A stretch of DNA of 63,965 nucleotides, filler included, from Octopus bimaculoides (lineage: Eukaryota), in assembly GCF_001194135.2 (NCBI RefSeq). It is 5 parts of 4 records of this genome, joined end to end, with 100 filler letters (N's around TTAATTAATTAA, not from the genome) between each part and the next. Parts side by side here need not be neighbours in the genome. Positions count along the whole stretch, not along the records: positions 1 to 29,644 come from NC_068998.1; positions 29,745 to 45,766 come from NC_068996.1; 3 more parts are not named here. One strand, 5' to 3'. The notes beneath the pieces were generated by a model. It made no database searches, was not told where the DNA came from, and saw only the letters and a list, made by a program, of their open reading frames with translations. Shown here in pieces: positions 26,441-39,356 of this stretch (the first letter of the stretch is position 1; each line of letters starts with the position of its first letter). Position numbers and translations under genes: made by a program.

Positions 26441-26834
26441 AGGCACAGGAGTGGCTGTGTGGTAAGTAGCTTGCTTACCAACTACATGGTTTTGGGTTCA
26501 TTCCCACTGCATGACACCTTGGGCAAGTGTCTTCTACTAAGCCTTGTAAGTAGATTTGGTAGACAGAAACTGAAAGAAGCCCGTCGTATATATGTATATA
26601 TATATGTGTATGTGTCTGTATATGTTTGTGTATCTGTTTGTCCCCCCAACATCGCTTGACAACTGATGCTGGTGTGTTTACGTCCCCGTAACTTAGCGCT
26701 TCGGCAAAAAGAGACCGATAGAATAAGTACTAGGCATCCAAAGAATAAGTCCTGGGGTTGATTTGCTCAACTAAAGGCAGTGCTCCAGCATGGCCACAGT
26801 AAAATGACTGAAACAAGTAAAGAGTAAAAGAGTA
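26441..26834 (+). mobile_element. SINE family B, near full length (tRNA-like head, internal TA/TG microsatellite)
   Basis: Head GGAGTGGCTGTGTGGTAAG...GGTTCATTCC; tail ...ATGACTGAAACAAGTAAAGAG. Partial copies at ~2700-2925, 5560-5745, 12740-12850, 15650-15840, 29010-29165, 30575-30660, 45680-45765 and 62130-62335. Confidence 0.85.
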
Positions 26835-26849
26835 AGACGGAAAATAATG

Positions 26850-27050
26850 TTTATTGTTGTGTATCCTTTTTTAATTGCGAAGTGTTTGATCAGATTCTCA
26901 AAATTTATCTTATACAACACATCTGCTTCCATACTTAATAAAGATAAGACATCCTGAATATTATCTTAACAAGTTTTAAGTGATTTCTTTTGCGTTGTAA
27001 ACCATTTACCATTTCTGTGGTGCCCCTCTCTTCTCTTGGTGCACTAAGCA
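26850..27050 (-). mobile_element. hAT transposase C-terminal dimerisation remnant
   Basis: LSLLSMEADVLYKINFENLIKHFAIKK resembles hAT C-termini. Confidence 0.45.
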
Positions 27051-27147
27051 TGTGTTTATTTTGCTTAAATGGTTAATCCAGTGCTGACTGCTATTTGCAG
27101 AAAGCTCAGCAATAACACAAAAGCTTCTTTATTCTTTAAAAATTACA

Positions 27148-27365
27148 CTCTTTACTTTTTTACTCTTTTACTTGTTTCAGTCATTTGACTGCGGCCATGC
27201 TGGAGCACCGCCTTTAGTCAAACAAATTGACCCCAGAACTTATTCATTGGAAGCCTAGTACTTATTGCATTGGTTTCTTTAGCCGAACCGCTAAGTTACA
27301 GGGATGTAAACACACCAGTATCAGTTGTCAAGCAATGGTGGTGGGGGATAGACAAAAACAGACAC

Positions 27366-27408
<43 letters not shown>

Positions 27409-27578
27409 NNNNNNNNNNTATATATACATATACATATATACGACGGGCTTCTTTCAGTTTCCGTCTAACAAATCCACTCACAAGGCTTTGGTTGGCCCGA
27501 GGCTATAGTAGAAGACACTTGCCCAAGGTGCCACGCAGTGGGACTGAACCCGGAACCATGTGGTTGGTAAGCAAGCTA
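27148..27578 (-). mobile_element. SINE family B, near full length
   Basis: Reverse complement of 26441-26834. Confidence 0.85.
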
Positions 27579-27965
27579 GCTAGAGGTTTTATTTTTTCCC
27601 AGCCCCAAGTAAGGCTCAATTGAGCAAACCAATGATAAACATATTTCAGCCATAACCATCCTCCTTTTTCAGGGAAAACAGAGACCACATTAACAAATGT
27701 ATGTTTTTGTATATCAAGAGAATGGTTTGTGATATGAGGGAGAATTAGCTGCTATTTCCAGCATCTTTAACGACCACATAAAACCTCCTTAGGCATATTC
27801 TACAGGTGCAAGAAATGCAATGACACCATTATATAGCCACTTATTTTCTTTGTGGTGAAATATGTCATCCAGGAATTGTTTCTCTGGATTTACATGCATC
27901 TATTTCTGTAAATGGTTTCTTTCAAGAAAAGAAGGAAAGAGATGTTGGCAATGTTTAACAATAGA

Positions 27966-28014
<49 letters not shown>

Positions 28015-28202
28015 NNNNNNNNNNNNNNNNNNNNNNNNNNNNNNNNNNNNNNNNNNNNNNNNNNNNNNNNNNNNNNNNNNNNNNNNNNNNNNNNNNNNNN
28101 NNNNNNNNNNNNNNNNNNNNNNNNNNNNNNNNNNNNAATTGGAGCTACTTCACATGGATAAATATGTCCTGATATTCAAAGAATTCTACCTGAAATGAGT
28201 GA

Positions 28203-28259
<57 letters not shown>

Positions 28260-28369
28260 GTTGTATATATGAGTACATGTTTGTGTGTGTGTGTGTGTAT
28301 GCATATACATACATACATACATACATACATACATACACACATACATACATACATACATACATATATACA

Positions 28370-28429
<60 letters not shown>

Positions 28430-28609
28430 TACATACATATATGTGTGTGTGGTTTGTTGCACAGATATTATACATTAAAGAGAGAGAGAGAGAGAGAAAG
28501 AAAGGGAAGAAAGAGAGAGAAGCCACTCCCTATAGAAAGGACCACTCACCATGCAACACCCACCCCTTTATCAAAACTTCAGGACCATAGACCCAATTCC
28601 CTTTCTCAT

Positions 28610-28836
28610 CTTAGCCCTTTAGTATTTAAACTGGCCATATCCAGTCCAAATATACTACTTGTTTTACATTCAAACTGACTTGATCCGGTCTCTCATGCCT
28701 ATTCTACAATGTCATTCTAAAAATATTCAGTCACACCATTGAAATCTCAAAGCTGAGAGATAATGCATAATTAATTTAAAACAATGGGAATAAATATACC
28801 TTATATTTGACAATAATCTGAATACTAAAGGATTAA
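28610..28836. mobile_element. piggyBac-type MITE (related copy at ~8175-8340)
   Basis: Termini TTAG|CCCTTTAG...CTAAAGGA|TTAA; internal similarity to 8175-8340. Confidence 0.5.
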
Positions 28837-29604
28837 AAGTAGGCTGATTCACCCCTACCCCTAGTTAACACCAAATTGTGAGATAGACATTGGAAGTAAG
28901 AATATTATTGAAGCCACCAGGACTATGGGGTTGTCTCAATGAAATTGTTGTGCTGAAGTAATTGACTGTCTCTGAAGCACTGCAAGTTCACCGAGTTTGA
29001 TATTGTGGATGGCAGTGTTGTAAGAAGCTTGCTTCCCAGCCACATGGTTCTGGGGTCAATCCCACTACATGGCACCTTGGGCAAGTGACTTCTACTATAG
29101 CCTTGGGCCAACCAAAGTCTTAAGAGTGGATTTGGTAGATGGAAACTGAAAGAAGCTCGTCGGATATAATGTTGAACAGCCATATTGATGTGGCGATAAA
29201 CATTACTTCTCGGTATAGTAACTACTTTCGTCGCTTATGAAGATTTTCTAATTAGCTACTTGTTGCAAGATCAGTGACTGATGGTTGCTTAATTTTCTAT
29301 ACATTGTGAGCTGGAGAGAATTCCTGCTATTCTAGTGGTTGGGTGTTCATGACTAAAAATAGGCAAAAGTAGCCTGAAATGATTTGGTTTTGTGATCTCA
29401 TTGTCTGCTAGAAGATGGTAGGGGTTCACCCCACTACTTGCAATATATGCAGGGTGTAGATTGTACTGGTAACTAGCTGGCAGAAGATCTGCCTGGGGTT
29501 AAAACGGTAGTAATGTCAAACAATCATATTGATATGGCGATAAACATTATTTCTTAGCATGGTTACTACTTTTATCTCTTGAGAGTTCCTAACTAGCTAC
29601 TTTG

Positions 29605-29644
<40 letters not shown>

Positions 29645-29688
29645 NNNNNNNNNNNNNNNNNNNNNNNNNNNNNNNNNNNNNNNNNNNN

Positions 29689-29700
29689 TTAATTAATTAA
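29689..29700. other. Artificial six-frame-stop gap linker TTAATTAATTAA (also 45811-45822, 59130-59141, 61945-61956)
   Basis: Always flanked by 44 N on each side (100 bp total); palindromic with stops in all six frames. Confidence 0.95.
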
Positions 29701-29769
29701 NNNNNNNNNNNNNNNNNNNNNNNNNNNNNNNNNNNNNNNNNNNNATATATATATATATATACACACACA

Positions 29770-30355
29770 AACTCATATCTAACATATAAATGAAAGTGTG
29801 CATATGTATGTGTATTTAGACTCAACAGGCTCTGAAACAGTGCATCCTTGAGAAAAACGGATTTGATTTTCAAAATCTGTATCCCAAGGAGGTTTTTCTT
29901 AAATAATAATAAAAAAACACAATTTGCTATATGAGTAATAATTCAACTTTTAGATCAACAAATTTCCAATCTCTATCTGTTACCATCAGGTTCTCTCTCT
30001 TTTACACCTTCCCCTCTCTCTATATATTTACCAAACTCTTTATCATTCTCTGTCTGTATATGTACTATCTCTCCCTCTCTCTCTTCACATAATGTAATCA
30101 CTTTCATTTTTTTAAAAACTTTGTCACGTAATGTTTACTTTCATTTTATGATACACAGCTATCACACAGAAAATGCTAGCTTTCAAATCCTCTTTTCTGA
30201 TTGGGTAAAAATGATCAAACTTAAAAATTCTGTAACAATTTACTAAAATTTTTCTGAAATAAATGAATCCCAAAATTGGATTCAGCATGAAAAATTATAT
30301 CAATATATCAAATTTGAAAATTTTCACTTAATTTTGAAATTTCAAATTTTGAGAT
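29770..30355 (+). mobile_element. Non-autonomous repeat, possibly Helitron/Helentron-like
   Basis: Similar to the reverse complement of 35195-35690 and to 47420-47610. Confidence 0.55.
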
Positions 30356-31029
30356 AATAAAGAAAAGATCTTTCTTTTTATTTGTCTATCTTTCATTTTT
30401 TGCTTTGTTGTACACTTCCCCTCTATATATATATATTTACCACACTCTCTCATTCTCCATATATGTCTATTGCTCATGAGTGCATGTGTGTGTGTATGTG
30501 TGAGCATGTATGTAAGGAATTTCATTAGGGCAAGAGAGTGATTTAAAAATGGTATGTAAAAGAATTTATTATAATATTCTTTTACTTGTTTCAGTCATTT
30601 GACTGCAGCCGTGCTGGAGCACCGTCTTTAGTCAAACAGATTAACCCCCAAGACTTATTATTTCGGTGTGTGTGTGTGTGTGTGTGGAAAAAGAAACATT
30701 TACTAACAGAAAAATAAGCTGTTAAAATACATTATCTTTTACATACCTTTCTAAATCACTGTGAATAAATCCCAGCAATGATCTCAGGCTCTCCAATATT
30801 TTGAAATTATAAAAAACTTTCCCAAAAATATTTTGTTTTACTGAAAAACTTCTCCCATTGTTTTTAAGTGCATAGCACACAAAAAATTGGACAAAATCAG
30901 ACTGGAAGTGGGGACATGTATCCATAAATTTTCTGAAACATTTTTCCATCATCAGGGGTGTGGTAAAAAAAACATTTTGAAAAATTCCTGTTAAAACGGA
31001 GAAAATTCAACTTTCCTAAAAGAAATTTT

Positions 31030-31500
31030 GAGCAGTTGTACTTTTACATAGTTGAGTAGTACATTCTTGGTTACAGCATAAAACCAGTCAGAAAGTCATC
31101 ATTGGTTTGATACCTACTATTGCAATTAGCAATATTGAAGATTCATCTGACATGCTGGCTGAGAGCACACAGCCTCTTTACAGATGGAGATAAGCATAGT
31201 CTTGATTAGTTTGGTGGTGAAAAAAAAAATGAAACTTGAAAAGACGTTTTTGACAGTGGACCCCTATTAAAACAAAGCTTTGGAAGCCAGCGGGTTTAAG
31301 GACTGCATCACCTTTATACCAGGACTTAACATTCACAAAAGAAAGCATTGTAAAGAGTTTTACAAAATCTGAGTGGGAAGGGTCTTCCTTAGATTAGTAG
31401 ATAAGCATTTCACACAGTTCCATAGAAGATAATTCAATAGACATAATCTATGGGTTTCCTTCAACTGTGCATCTAGTGTAAAAAAAAAGATACTGTGGAT
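31030..31500 (+). mobile_element. Penelope-like element RT C-terminal/thumb remnant
   Basis: Broken motifs resembling KALEASGFKD and FLRLVDKHF...FNRHNLWVSF. Confidence 0.55.
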
Positions 31501-32174
31501 TGGAGAAGAGAAAAAACGTATGTAAACACAGCTGATCTACTTCAGCCAAGGTGGGACTTGAACAAGGGGAAGCAACTCTTCTTTTCCACTAAGAAAAGGG
31601 TTTTTCTTTGTTTTGTTTTTTCACCATTAAACTGACCAAAACTATTTACCGCCATCAGTAAAGAAGCTATGTGCTTCCAACCAGAATGTCAGATGAGTCG
31701 TCGCCAAGTGCAATATAAACATGAAATCAATGTTTGAAAATTTATGAATTTTTCAAACACCCATTCTCTCGCTTAAAAATGATAGAAGCATTGAAGGTTA
31801 AAAAATATGAATTTGAAAATCGGCAATCACAATTACAGTCGCCATATCCTTCATTTTCAAACAGAAAATGAAATAAATTTTAAAACAATAATGAAATTTA
31901 AAAAACATTTTCATTAAAAATGAATCCTAAAATTTCTGCTTTTTTTTTACCCTTTCATCCCTGAATTTTTTCTGAAGAACTGTTTCTCAAGTTGATAATG
32001 GCCTTTTGAGCTGTCATTAGTGTCATACAATCCAATCATACATCTGGTGCTACATACTTACCAGAAAAACCGGAGCAGTACTATACTGCATCACATAGGT
32101 TGTAAAATTTTTGACTGGTACAAAATATGTACCAGCCGAGCTGAAAATGTTAAATCATTGTTTTAAAATACAGA

Positions 32175-34725
32175 TCATCATCGTTTAATGTCCGCTTTCC
32201 ATGCTAGCATGGGTTGGACGATTTGATTGAGGACTGGTGAAACCTGATGGCTACACCAGGCTCCAATCTGATTTGGCAGAGTTTCTACAGCTGGATGCCC
32301 TTCCTAATGCCAACCGCTCTGAGAGTGTAGTGGGTGCTTTTACGTGCCACCAGCATGAAGGCCAGTCAGGCGGTACTGGCAACGGTCACGCTCAAGACGG
32401 TGTATTTTATGTGCCACCCGCACAAGAGCCAGTCCAGGGGCACTGGCAACAATTTCGCTTGAGAGTCCTTACACATACCGCTGGCACAAGTGCCAGAAAG
32501 GCGACGCTGGGTACAGGTGACATCACGATTTCGCTTTCGCTTGCCCCAACAGGTCGTTGCAAGCTGAGTTTCATGTCCAAAGAAGGAGACGACGTTGGCA
32601 TGGGTGCCAGTCGTCGAATTTAGTTCGATTTCAATTTCACTTGCCTCAACAGGTCTTCACAAGCGGAGTTTAGTGTCCAATGAATGAAAGGTACGCATAA
32701 GTGGGCTGGTTACACCCCTGGCAGAGGCCTTGGATATAGGTCTCACTTGGCTTGCCGGGTCTTCTCACGCACAGCATATTTCCAAAGGTCTCGGTCGGAA
32801 GTCATCGCCTCGGTGAGGCCCAATGTTCGAAGGTCTTGCCTACCTCTTCCATAGGTTCCCTCAACTGCTAGGGTGTGGCACTTTTTCACACAGCTATCCT
32901 CGTCCATTCTCGCCACATGACCATACCAACGCAATTGTCTCTCTTGCACACCACAACTGATGCTTCTTAGGTTCAACTTTTCTCTCAAGGTGCTTACACT
33001 CTATCTAGTATGCACACTGACATTACACATCCATCGGAGCATACTGGCTTCATTCCATGCGAGCCTATGCATGTCTTCAACAGTCACGGCCCATGTTTCA
33101 CTGCCATGAAGCGTGGCTGTTCGTACTGTCTGCCTTTTACTCTGAGAGAGAGGCCCTTTGTCACCAGCAGAGGTAAGAGCTCTCTGAACTTTGCCCAGGC
33201 TATTCTAATTCTAGCAGCTACACTTTCAGCGCACCCTCTCCCACTACTAGCTTGGTCACCTAGATAGTGTAAGCTATCAACCGTTTCTAGTTTTTCTCTC
33301 TGGAATGTGGCAGAAGTTGTTTTCTGCACATTTACAGTGTTTATAGCTCCTGAACATCTGCTACATACAAAAACTAACTTCCTAGTTAACCTTCCTTTGA
33401 TATTGCTGCACCTCTTATGTGCCCATAGCTTGCACTGGGTGCATCTTATAGAGTTTCTACCTACGCCTTTTCTACAGATCGAGCAGGGCCATCTACCTGA
33501 AGGTATTTGTGATTTTTCTACCTTCCTACTTATTAGGACTTTAGTTTTAGCTAGGTTGATTCTAAGGCCCTTCGATTCTAGTCCTTCCTTCCACACCTGA
33601 AACTTCTCTTCTAGTTATGATAGTGACTCAGCAATTAGTGCAAGGTCATCAGCATAGAGGAGTTCCCAGGGGCATCCTGTCTTGAATTCCTCTGTTATAG
33701 CCTGGAGGACTATGATAAATAGGAAGGAACTGAGGACAGAACCTTGGTGGACCCCTACCTCTACCCGGAATTCGTTACTGTACTCATTGCCAACCCTCAC
33801 CTTACTGACAGCATCTCTGTACATAGCTCGCACAGCTCTCACTAACCATTCTTCTATCCCAAGTTTCCTCATTGACCACCAGATAAGGGATTGGGGGCCC
33901 TGTCAAAGGCTTTCTCCATGTCAATGAAAGCCAGGTACAGAGGTTTATCTTTAGCTAGGTATTTCTCCTGAAGCTGTCTTACCAGAAATATAGCATCAGT
34001 GGTGTTTTTCTCAGGCATGAACCCAAACTGCATCTCATCTAAACTGACCCGCTCCCTAATTAGTTGGGCTATGACCCTCTCCGTGACTTTCATTACCTGA
34101 TCTAAAAGCTTGATACCTCTGTAATTATTTGNNNNNNNNNNNNNNNNNNNNNNNNNNNNNNNNNNNNNNNNNNNNNNNNNNNNNNNNNNNNNNNNNNNNN
34201 NNNNNNNNNNNNNNNNNNNNNNNNNNNNNNNNNNNNNNNNNNNNNNNNNNNNNNNNNNNNNNNNNNNNNNNNNNNNNNNNNNNNNNNNNNNNNNNNNNNN
34301 NNNNNNNNNNNNNNNNNNNNNNNNNNNNNNNNNNTTCATACTCTTAATTGCTTTATCTACCATGGTACTGTCAATTAGGATAGCTGGTCCCTCTGTTGGG
34401 TCGACATACGGCAGACTCTCTTTCTCCCATTCATTCTCTTTATTAAGCAATCTATCATAGTGGCATCTCCAGACCTCTTTCTTTGCAGCCTCATTTAGTG
34501 CAAGCGTACCATCATCCATGTGAACACATTTCTCTCCTACGACATCACTATTCTCTCTCACACACTGTCTTGCAACACAAAATACCTTAAGTCTTTGGTC
34601 CTCACGGCGCAGAACATTGGCAAACTTTTTCATATCTGCTTCCCCTCTGGCTAAATAAACCTGTCACCTAGCTTCCTTTCTGGCAGTCTGATACAATTCC
34701 CTGCTACCACTGTCCAAATCTGCAA
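32175..34725 (-). mobile_element. 5'-truncated RTE-clade LINE (RT region, 3'UTR and (GAT)n tail), frameshifted
   Basis: ORF fragments 33869-34633, 33615-33872, 33084-33596 and 32743-32988 carry RT motifs QFGF..DAIF, FIDMEKAFDR, GVHQGSVLS and LLYADDLAL, plus a CSIC..C..C finger and RQLRWYGHVARM. Confidence 0.92.
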
Positions 34726-35194
34726 TTTGTTTCTGTTTATAATTTGAAAATAATTTTCAGACAAAGGTGATTTAAGGAAAATTTAGCTGTTGTTTCTCTC
34801 ACATCCCACGACCACCTGGTACCTTCCCTGTTTATTTGTCAGTCTGATATGTATTGATGTTTTACAATATTTTTCACCCCATAAACACATTTAATGGAAT
34901 AGCAATGCAGTAGTCAATTGCTGGGATTTAAGGAATAATAACAAAAAAAAATTGTTATTTAAATCTTTAACTCCACCCTGCATCAAACAAGTTCATGTGT
35001 GTGTAAGAGAAATCACATTTACTAACAGAAAAGTATGTTATTAAAATGAATTATCTTGTACATACCTTTTTCAAATTGCATACACACTCAGTTTGAGTAG
35101 TACACTTTTATAGAGAGAGAGAAAGTTCACTAAGAGAAAATGAAAGAAACAGTCAAATGGAGGGTGAAAGAGTTTATCTATTGTTGTCACAGAT

Positions 35195-35690
35195 TCTGAA
35201 ATTTTATAATTAAGTGAAAATTTTCAAATTTGGTACATTGATGTATTTTTTCATTCTGAATCCAAGTTTGTGATTCATTTATTCCAGAAAAATTTTAGAA
35301 AAATGTCAGAGGTTTAAAGTTTGATCATTTTTACACAATTAGAAAACAGGATTTGGGCATACTATGTCATAAAATGAAAGTAAACATTAGGGGTTTCAAA
35401 CAAAATGGAAGCCAAGCATGAGAATATATATACTGAGAGTGTCAAAGAGTATGATAAATATAGAGATAGATTGTTGATGACAGAGAGTGGGGGAGTTGTC
35501 AATCTAATAGTTGAGATATTTCTCAGAGCAAATTATATTTTTTTATTATTATTTATGAATAACATTGTTTGTGGGTCACAGATTTCAAATACCATTTTTC
35601 TCTAGGCACTGTTTCAGAGCCTTTTTAGGCTAAACACACATATGTAACCATATACACTCAAATTCATATAGCAGAAGATATATAAACACA
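35195..35690 (-). mobile_element. Inverted copy of the 29770-30355 repeat
   Basis: Shares GGCTCTGAAACAGTGC, TTGATCATTTTTAC and TGAAAATTTTCAAATTTG segments in reverse orientation. Confidence 0.55.
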
Positions 35691-36223
35691 CATAAATACA
35701 TATATATATATAGTTGGGGGGATGTTTGTCTTCATGCCTACTTTACAGCATCTTGGGCACATAACTTTTATTATATCATCAAGATGATCAATGTAATGAG
35801 AAGAATTGGATATGGGAGCCCAGTGTGCATGTATGTGTAGAGGTGTAAGTGAGAGAGAGTGAAACAAAGAGACAGAGAAAGAAAGAGAGAGAGAGAGCAT
35901 GTCTGTGTATAAATACAGGTATATGTGTGCGTGTTGGCATGTGTGAATGTTGACATTCTATGGCTTTGCTTGTCACCATCTAAGAAAAACAGCATTATGA
36001 AAATTATATGGCTTGTTGATAATATATCCGATATGTATATATATATATATATATATATATNNNNNNNNNNNNNNNNNNNNNNNNNNNNNNNNNNNNNNNN
36101 NNNNNNNNNNNNNNNNNNNNNNNNNNNNNNNNNNNNNNNNNNNNNNNNNNNNNNNNNNNNNNNNNNNNNNNNNNNNNNNNNNNNNNNNNNNNNNNNNNGA
36201 TATTCTGAGCCTTTTAAGCTATA

Positions 36224-38021
36224 CAGGGGTTGGTCAAAATAATGGAAACACCTAGCATCATAGCCTCATAATTTAAAAATATCTATAAAATCATCAAAGG
36301 CTTATTTATTTTTATGTTTTTTGATTTATTATTAGTGTTGCTTAATATGTTTTGCTAAAATTGCTGTTTCTTTACAGATATCATCAGAAAAGGTAATTAA
36401 AATTCATTAAAATGACCAATCTCTCGGACTTTCAAAGAGGTCAAATTGTTGGTGCTCATATGGCAGGTGCTAGTGTAACAAAAACATCCAAAATATTTGG
36501 TGTATCAAGAAGTACTGTCTCAAAAGTAATGAGAGCCTTTGAGAAAGAGGGAAAAACCTCCTTGTCAAAACAAAACTCCAGAAGAAAACCAAAACTTTCA
36601 GATAAGGACCGTTGGAATCTCACGCGAATTGTTAGAAAGGATCACAAAAGTACAGCTCCCAAAATTACTGCAGAGTTTAATGACCACCTTGAGAACACAG
36701 TTTCCACAAAAACTGTTCACCAAAAGCTTCACAAAGCTGGATTTCACGGGAGAGCTGCAACCAGAAAACCACTACTTTCAAAAACAAACATTGCAAAGCA
36801 TTAGAGTGGACCTACAGAATTGGTCCCTAGAGCAGTGGGAGAATGTTATTTTCTTGGACGAGTCATCCTTTACCATATTTCCGACCACCGGCCGAGTATA
36901 TGTGTGAAGACAGCTAAAAAAAGCATTTGATCCAGACTGCCTTCTTCCAACTGTTAAACATGNNNNNNNNNNGGGGGGGGGGGCTATATCGTGGAAATCC
37001 GCTGGCCCAGTGGTTTCCCTTCAGGGCAGAATTAATAGTGAAGACTATTTAAGCAGTTTATCTGATTGAATTCATTCTATGGTTAAGGAACTGTTTCCGG
37101 AGGGAAACACAATCTTTCAGGATAATAATGCACCAATTCACACAGCTAAAGTTGTTACTGAATGGCATGAGGAACATTCTAGTGAAGTTGAACATCTTAT
37201 CTGGCCACCACAGTCAACCAGATCTCAATATTATTGATTATTTATGGTGCATTGGAGTAAAGATTGTTTGCCAACATAACATGGCAGTCCTGGTTTAGGA
37301 CGAATGTTGCTGTAATTTAGCTCTGGGAGACATCATCTCCAGCTGGCTATACAACACGATCTGTGTCCTTATATTTTTGAACAAGGGAATCTAGTACCCC
37401 CACTCAGCTCAAAACAAGATTTGTGTATCGCGATTTCCGGATACACCTAGCATTATAATTTTGAAATATCTATAAAACCAACAGAATCTTATTTATTTTT
37501 ATGTTTTTTGATTTATTATTAGTGTTTGATTTTTTATTTATTATTAGATACACAGATATTGTTTTGAGCTGAGTTGGGATGCTAGATTCCCTTGTTCGAA
37601 AATATAAGTACACAGATCATGTCATATAGGCAGCTGGAGACGATGTCTCCTAGGGCTAAATTACAGCAACCTTCGTCCTAAACCAGGACTGCCATGTTAT
37701 GTTGGCAAACAATCTTTACTCCAAAGTACTGTTGCTGAACATCTCTCGTTGTGAGATTTAAAAATAGTAATTTTCTAATTTATGGTGCATTTTAGAAAAA
37801 CAAGTAAAGAGTCAATATCCTCCACCATCATCACTACAAGAACTGGAGACTGTTTTAGCTGAAGAATGGACAAAAATTCCTTTGGAAACAATTCAAACTT
37901 CCATACGAGTCAATACCTAGTAGAATTCAAGCTGTAATTATTGCCAAAAGTGGTCCTATCCCATATTAAAATAAATTTGTTTGAAATTTTAAGGTGTTTC
38001 CATTATTTTGTCCAACCCCTG
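36224..38021 (+). mobile_element. Full-length, inactive Tc1/mariner (Tc1-type) DNA transposon
   Basis: ~30-bp TIRs CAGGGGTTGG(T/A)CAAAATAATGGAAACACCT with TA on both flanks. Transposase starts at 36412 (MTNLSDFQRGQIVG..., HTH) and has catalytic motifs FLDESSF, FQDNNAPIH and PDLNIID. Frameshifted and interrupted by an insertion at ~37254-37777. Confidence 0.93.
37252..37724. mobile_element. Foldback/MITE-like insertion with ~178-bp inverted arms, nested in the Tc1
   Basis: 37252-37429 is the near reverse complement of 37547-37724 (GGAGTAAAGATTGTTTGCCAACATAACATGGCAGTCC...). Confidence 0.85.
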
Positions 38022-38399
38022 TATGTCTATATGAAATGATTTCTCAGGAAGAATACTGCCATTTTATGGTGTACTTAAAGTATATCCACATTAAGTTGGG
38101 TATAAAGATTGCTATTCAGTACTAACACTACTTTTTATCACTAATAACTAGTACATATTTACACACACACACACACACATGTATACATATTTCTGTTGAT
38201 TCTGATGATTCACCTAGAAACAATAAATTACAGAACTTATTACTTAAATGTAGAATGTTCTTTAACTTTTAAACAGCAAAATTCATCAAGTGATGTTTCA
38301 AAAATTTAACATGGATACAGCCATCATCAGTTGATATCCAAGCATCTACTTCAACAAATATGCTTAAGTGACCCTTAGTAAAAGGAAAAATCAAGTCAC

Positions 38400-38700
38400 A
38401 AGTGGAAAATTTATACAGCCATGAAGAAATTTCACCTGACTTTCTTTCATCATCAGATGAGGTAGATGATGATAATGCTCTAGATAGCACAGAAGAAAGT
38501 GATGCTTCAACTAGCTCTCAATCAAAAAATGCAGATTTTTCTCCATTAGTACATTCATTTCACTACCACAATCTGGGTGGAAATCTCAAATGGATTTATG
38601 CTCATGCTGGATACAAAGGAAAGTGAATATTTTACAGATCTTTTCAATGATGAGATTGTACATTTTGTTGTGCAAGATACTTACAATTATAGTTTTAGTA
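38400..38700 (+). mobile_element. Possible piggyBac-type transposase N-terminal remnant
   Basis: Acidic tract (SSSDEVDDDNALDSTEESD) followed by a F.D.F.DEIVHFVVQDT-like segment. Confidence 0.35.
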
Positions 38701-39303
38701 CTTATTTAAAGTGAAAATAAGTATAAAAATTAATCTCATTTGGCACACACATTCATGCAACTCTTTCTTGCCAAATGAAAGGTTCTTAATTCCAATACTC
38801 TGAGTTTCACATTTACAATCATTTAGCTAATAATCTGAGCCTGCTTTTCCTTAGAAATATCTGTTTATTGAATATATATATTTGGAAATATATGAAAGCT
38901 ATGAAGAAAATGCTTATCTATATAACTTTGGAAAAAAACCATGCAAAGCAACACATGCAAAAACGTCTGGTTGAAGCTCATTTCATTTCATATTTGGCTC
39001 TCATGGAAATATTCCAAATGTCTTAAAAGAACACTCTAGAACTGTCCTCATGAAATTGTGTTGCTGTTTCAGTATAATTTTAAGCAATATTCTAAATATT
39101 TAAGAAAATCATAATTTCAAAAAAGTAATATCTTGAAAACAACATATCTGTGTGTATTAATTTTACTCCAAAACATTTATTCCTTGAGCAAGGAGGCTGG
39201 TATTCACTCAAAAGAAACATAACTCGGTGTATACAAGGTACTAACAATTCCATTGTTTTGTTCAAACTGGTACTACCTTAAGTCAGAAGTTTTTAATTTC
39301 TAG

Positions 39304-39356
39304 CTGAAATGAAACTACTCTTCCTGGATGGTCATGCAGTATTTACAATTAACCAG
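39304..39356 (+). CDS. Candidate internal exon, product unknown
   Basis: tttttaatttctag/...53 nt.../gtaatt; EMKLLFLDGHAVFTINQ. Confidence 0.25.
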
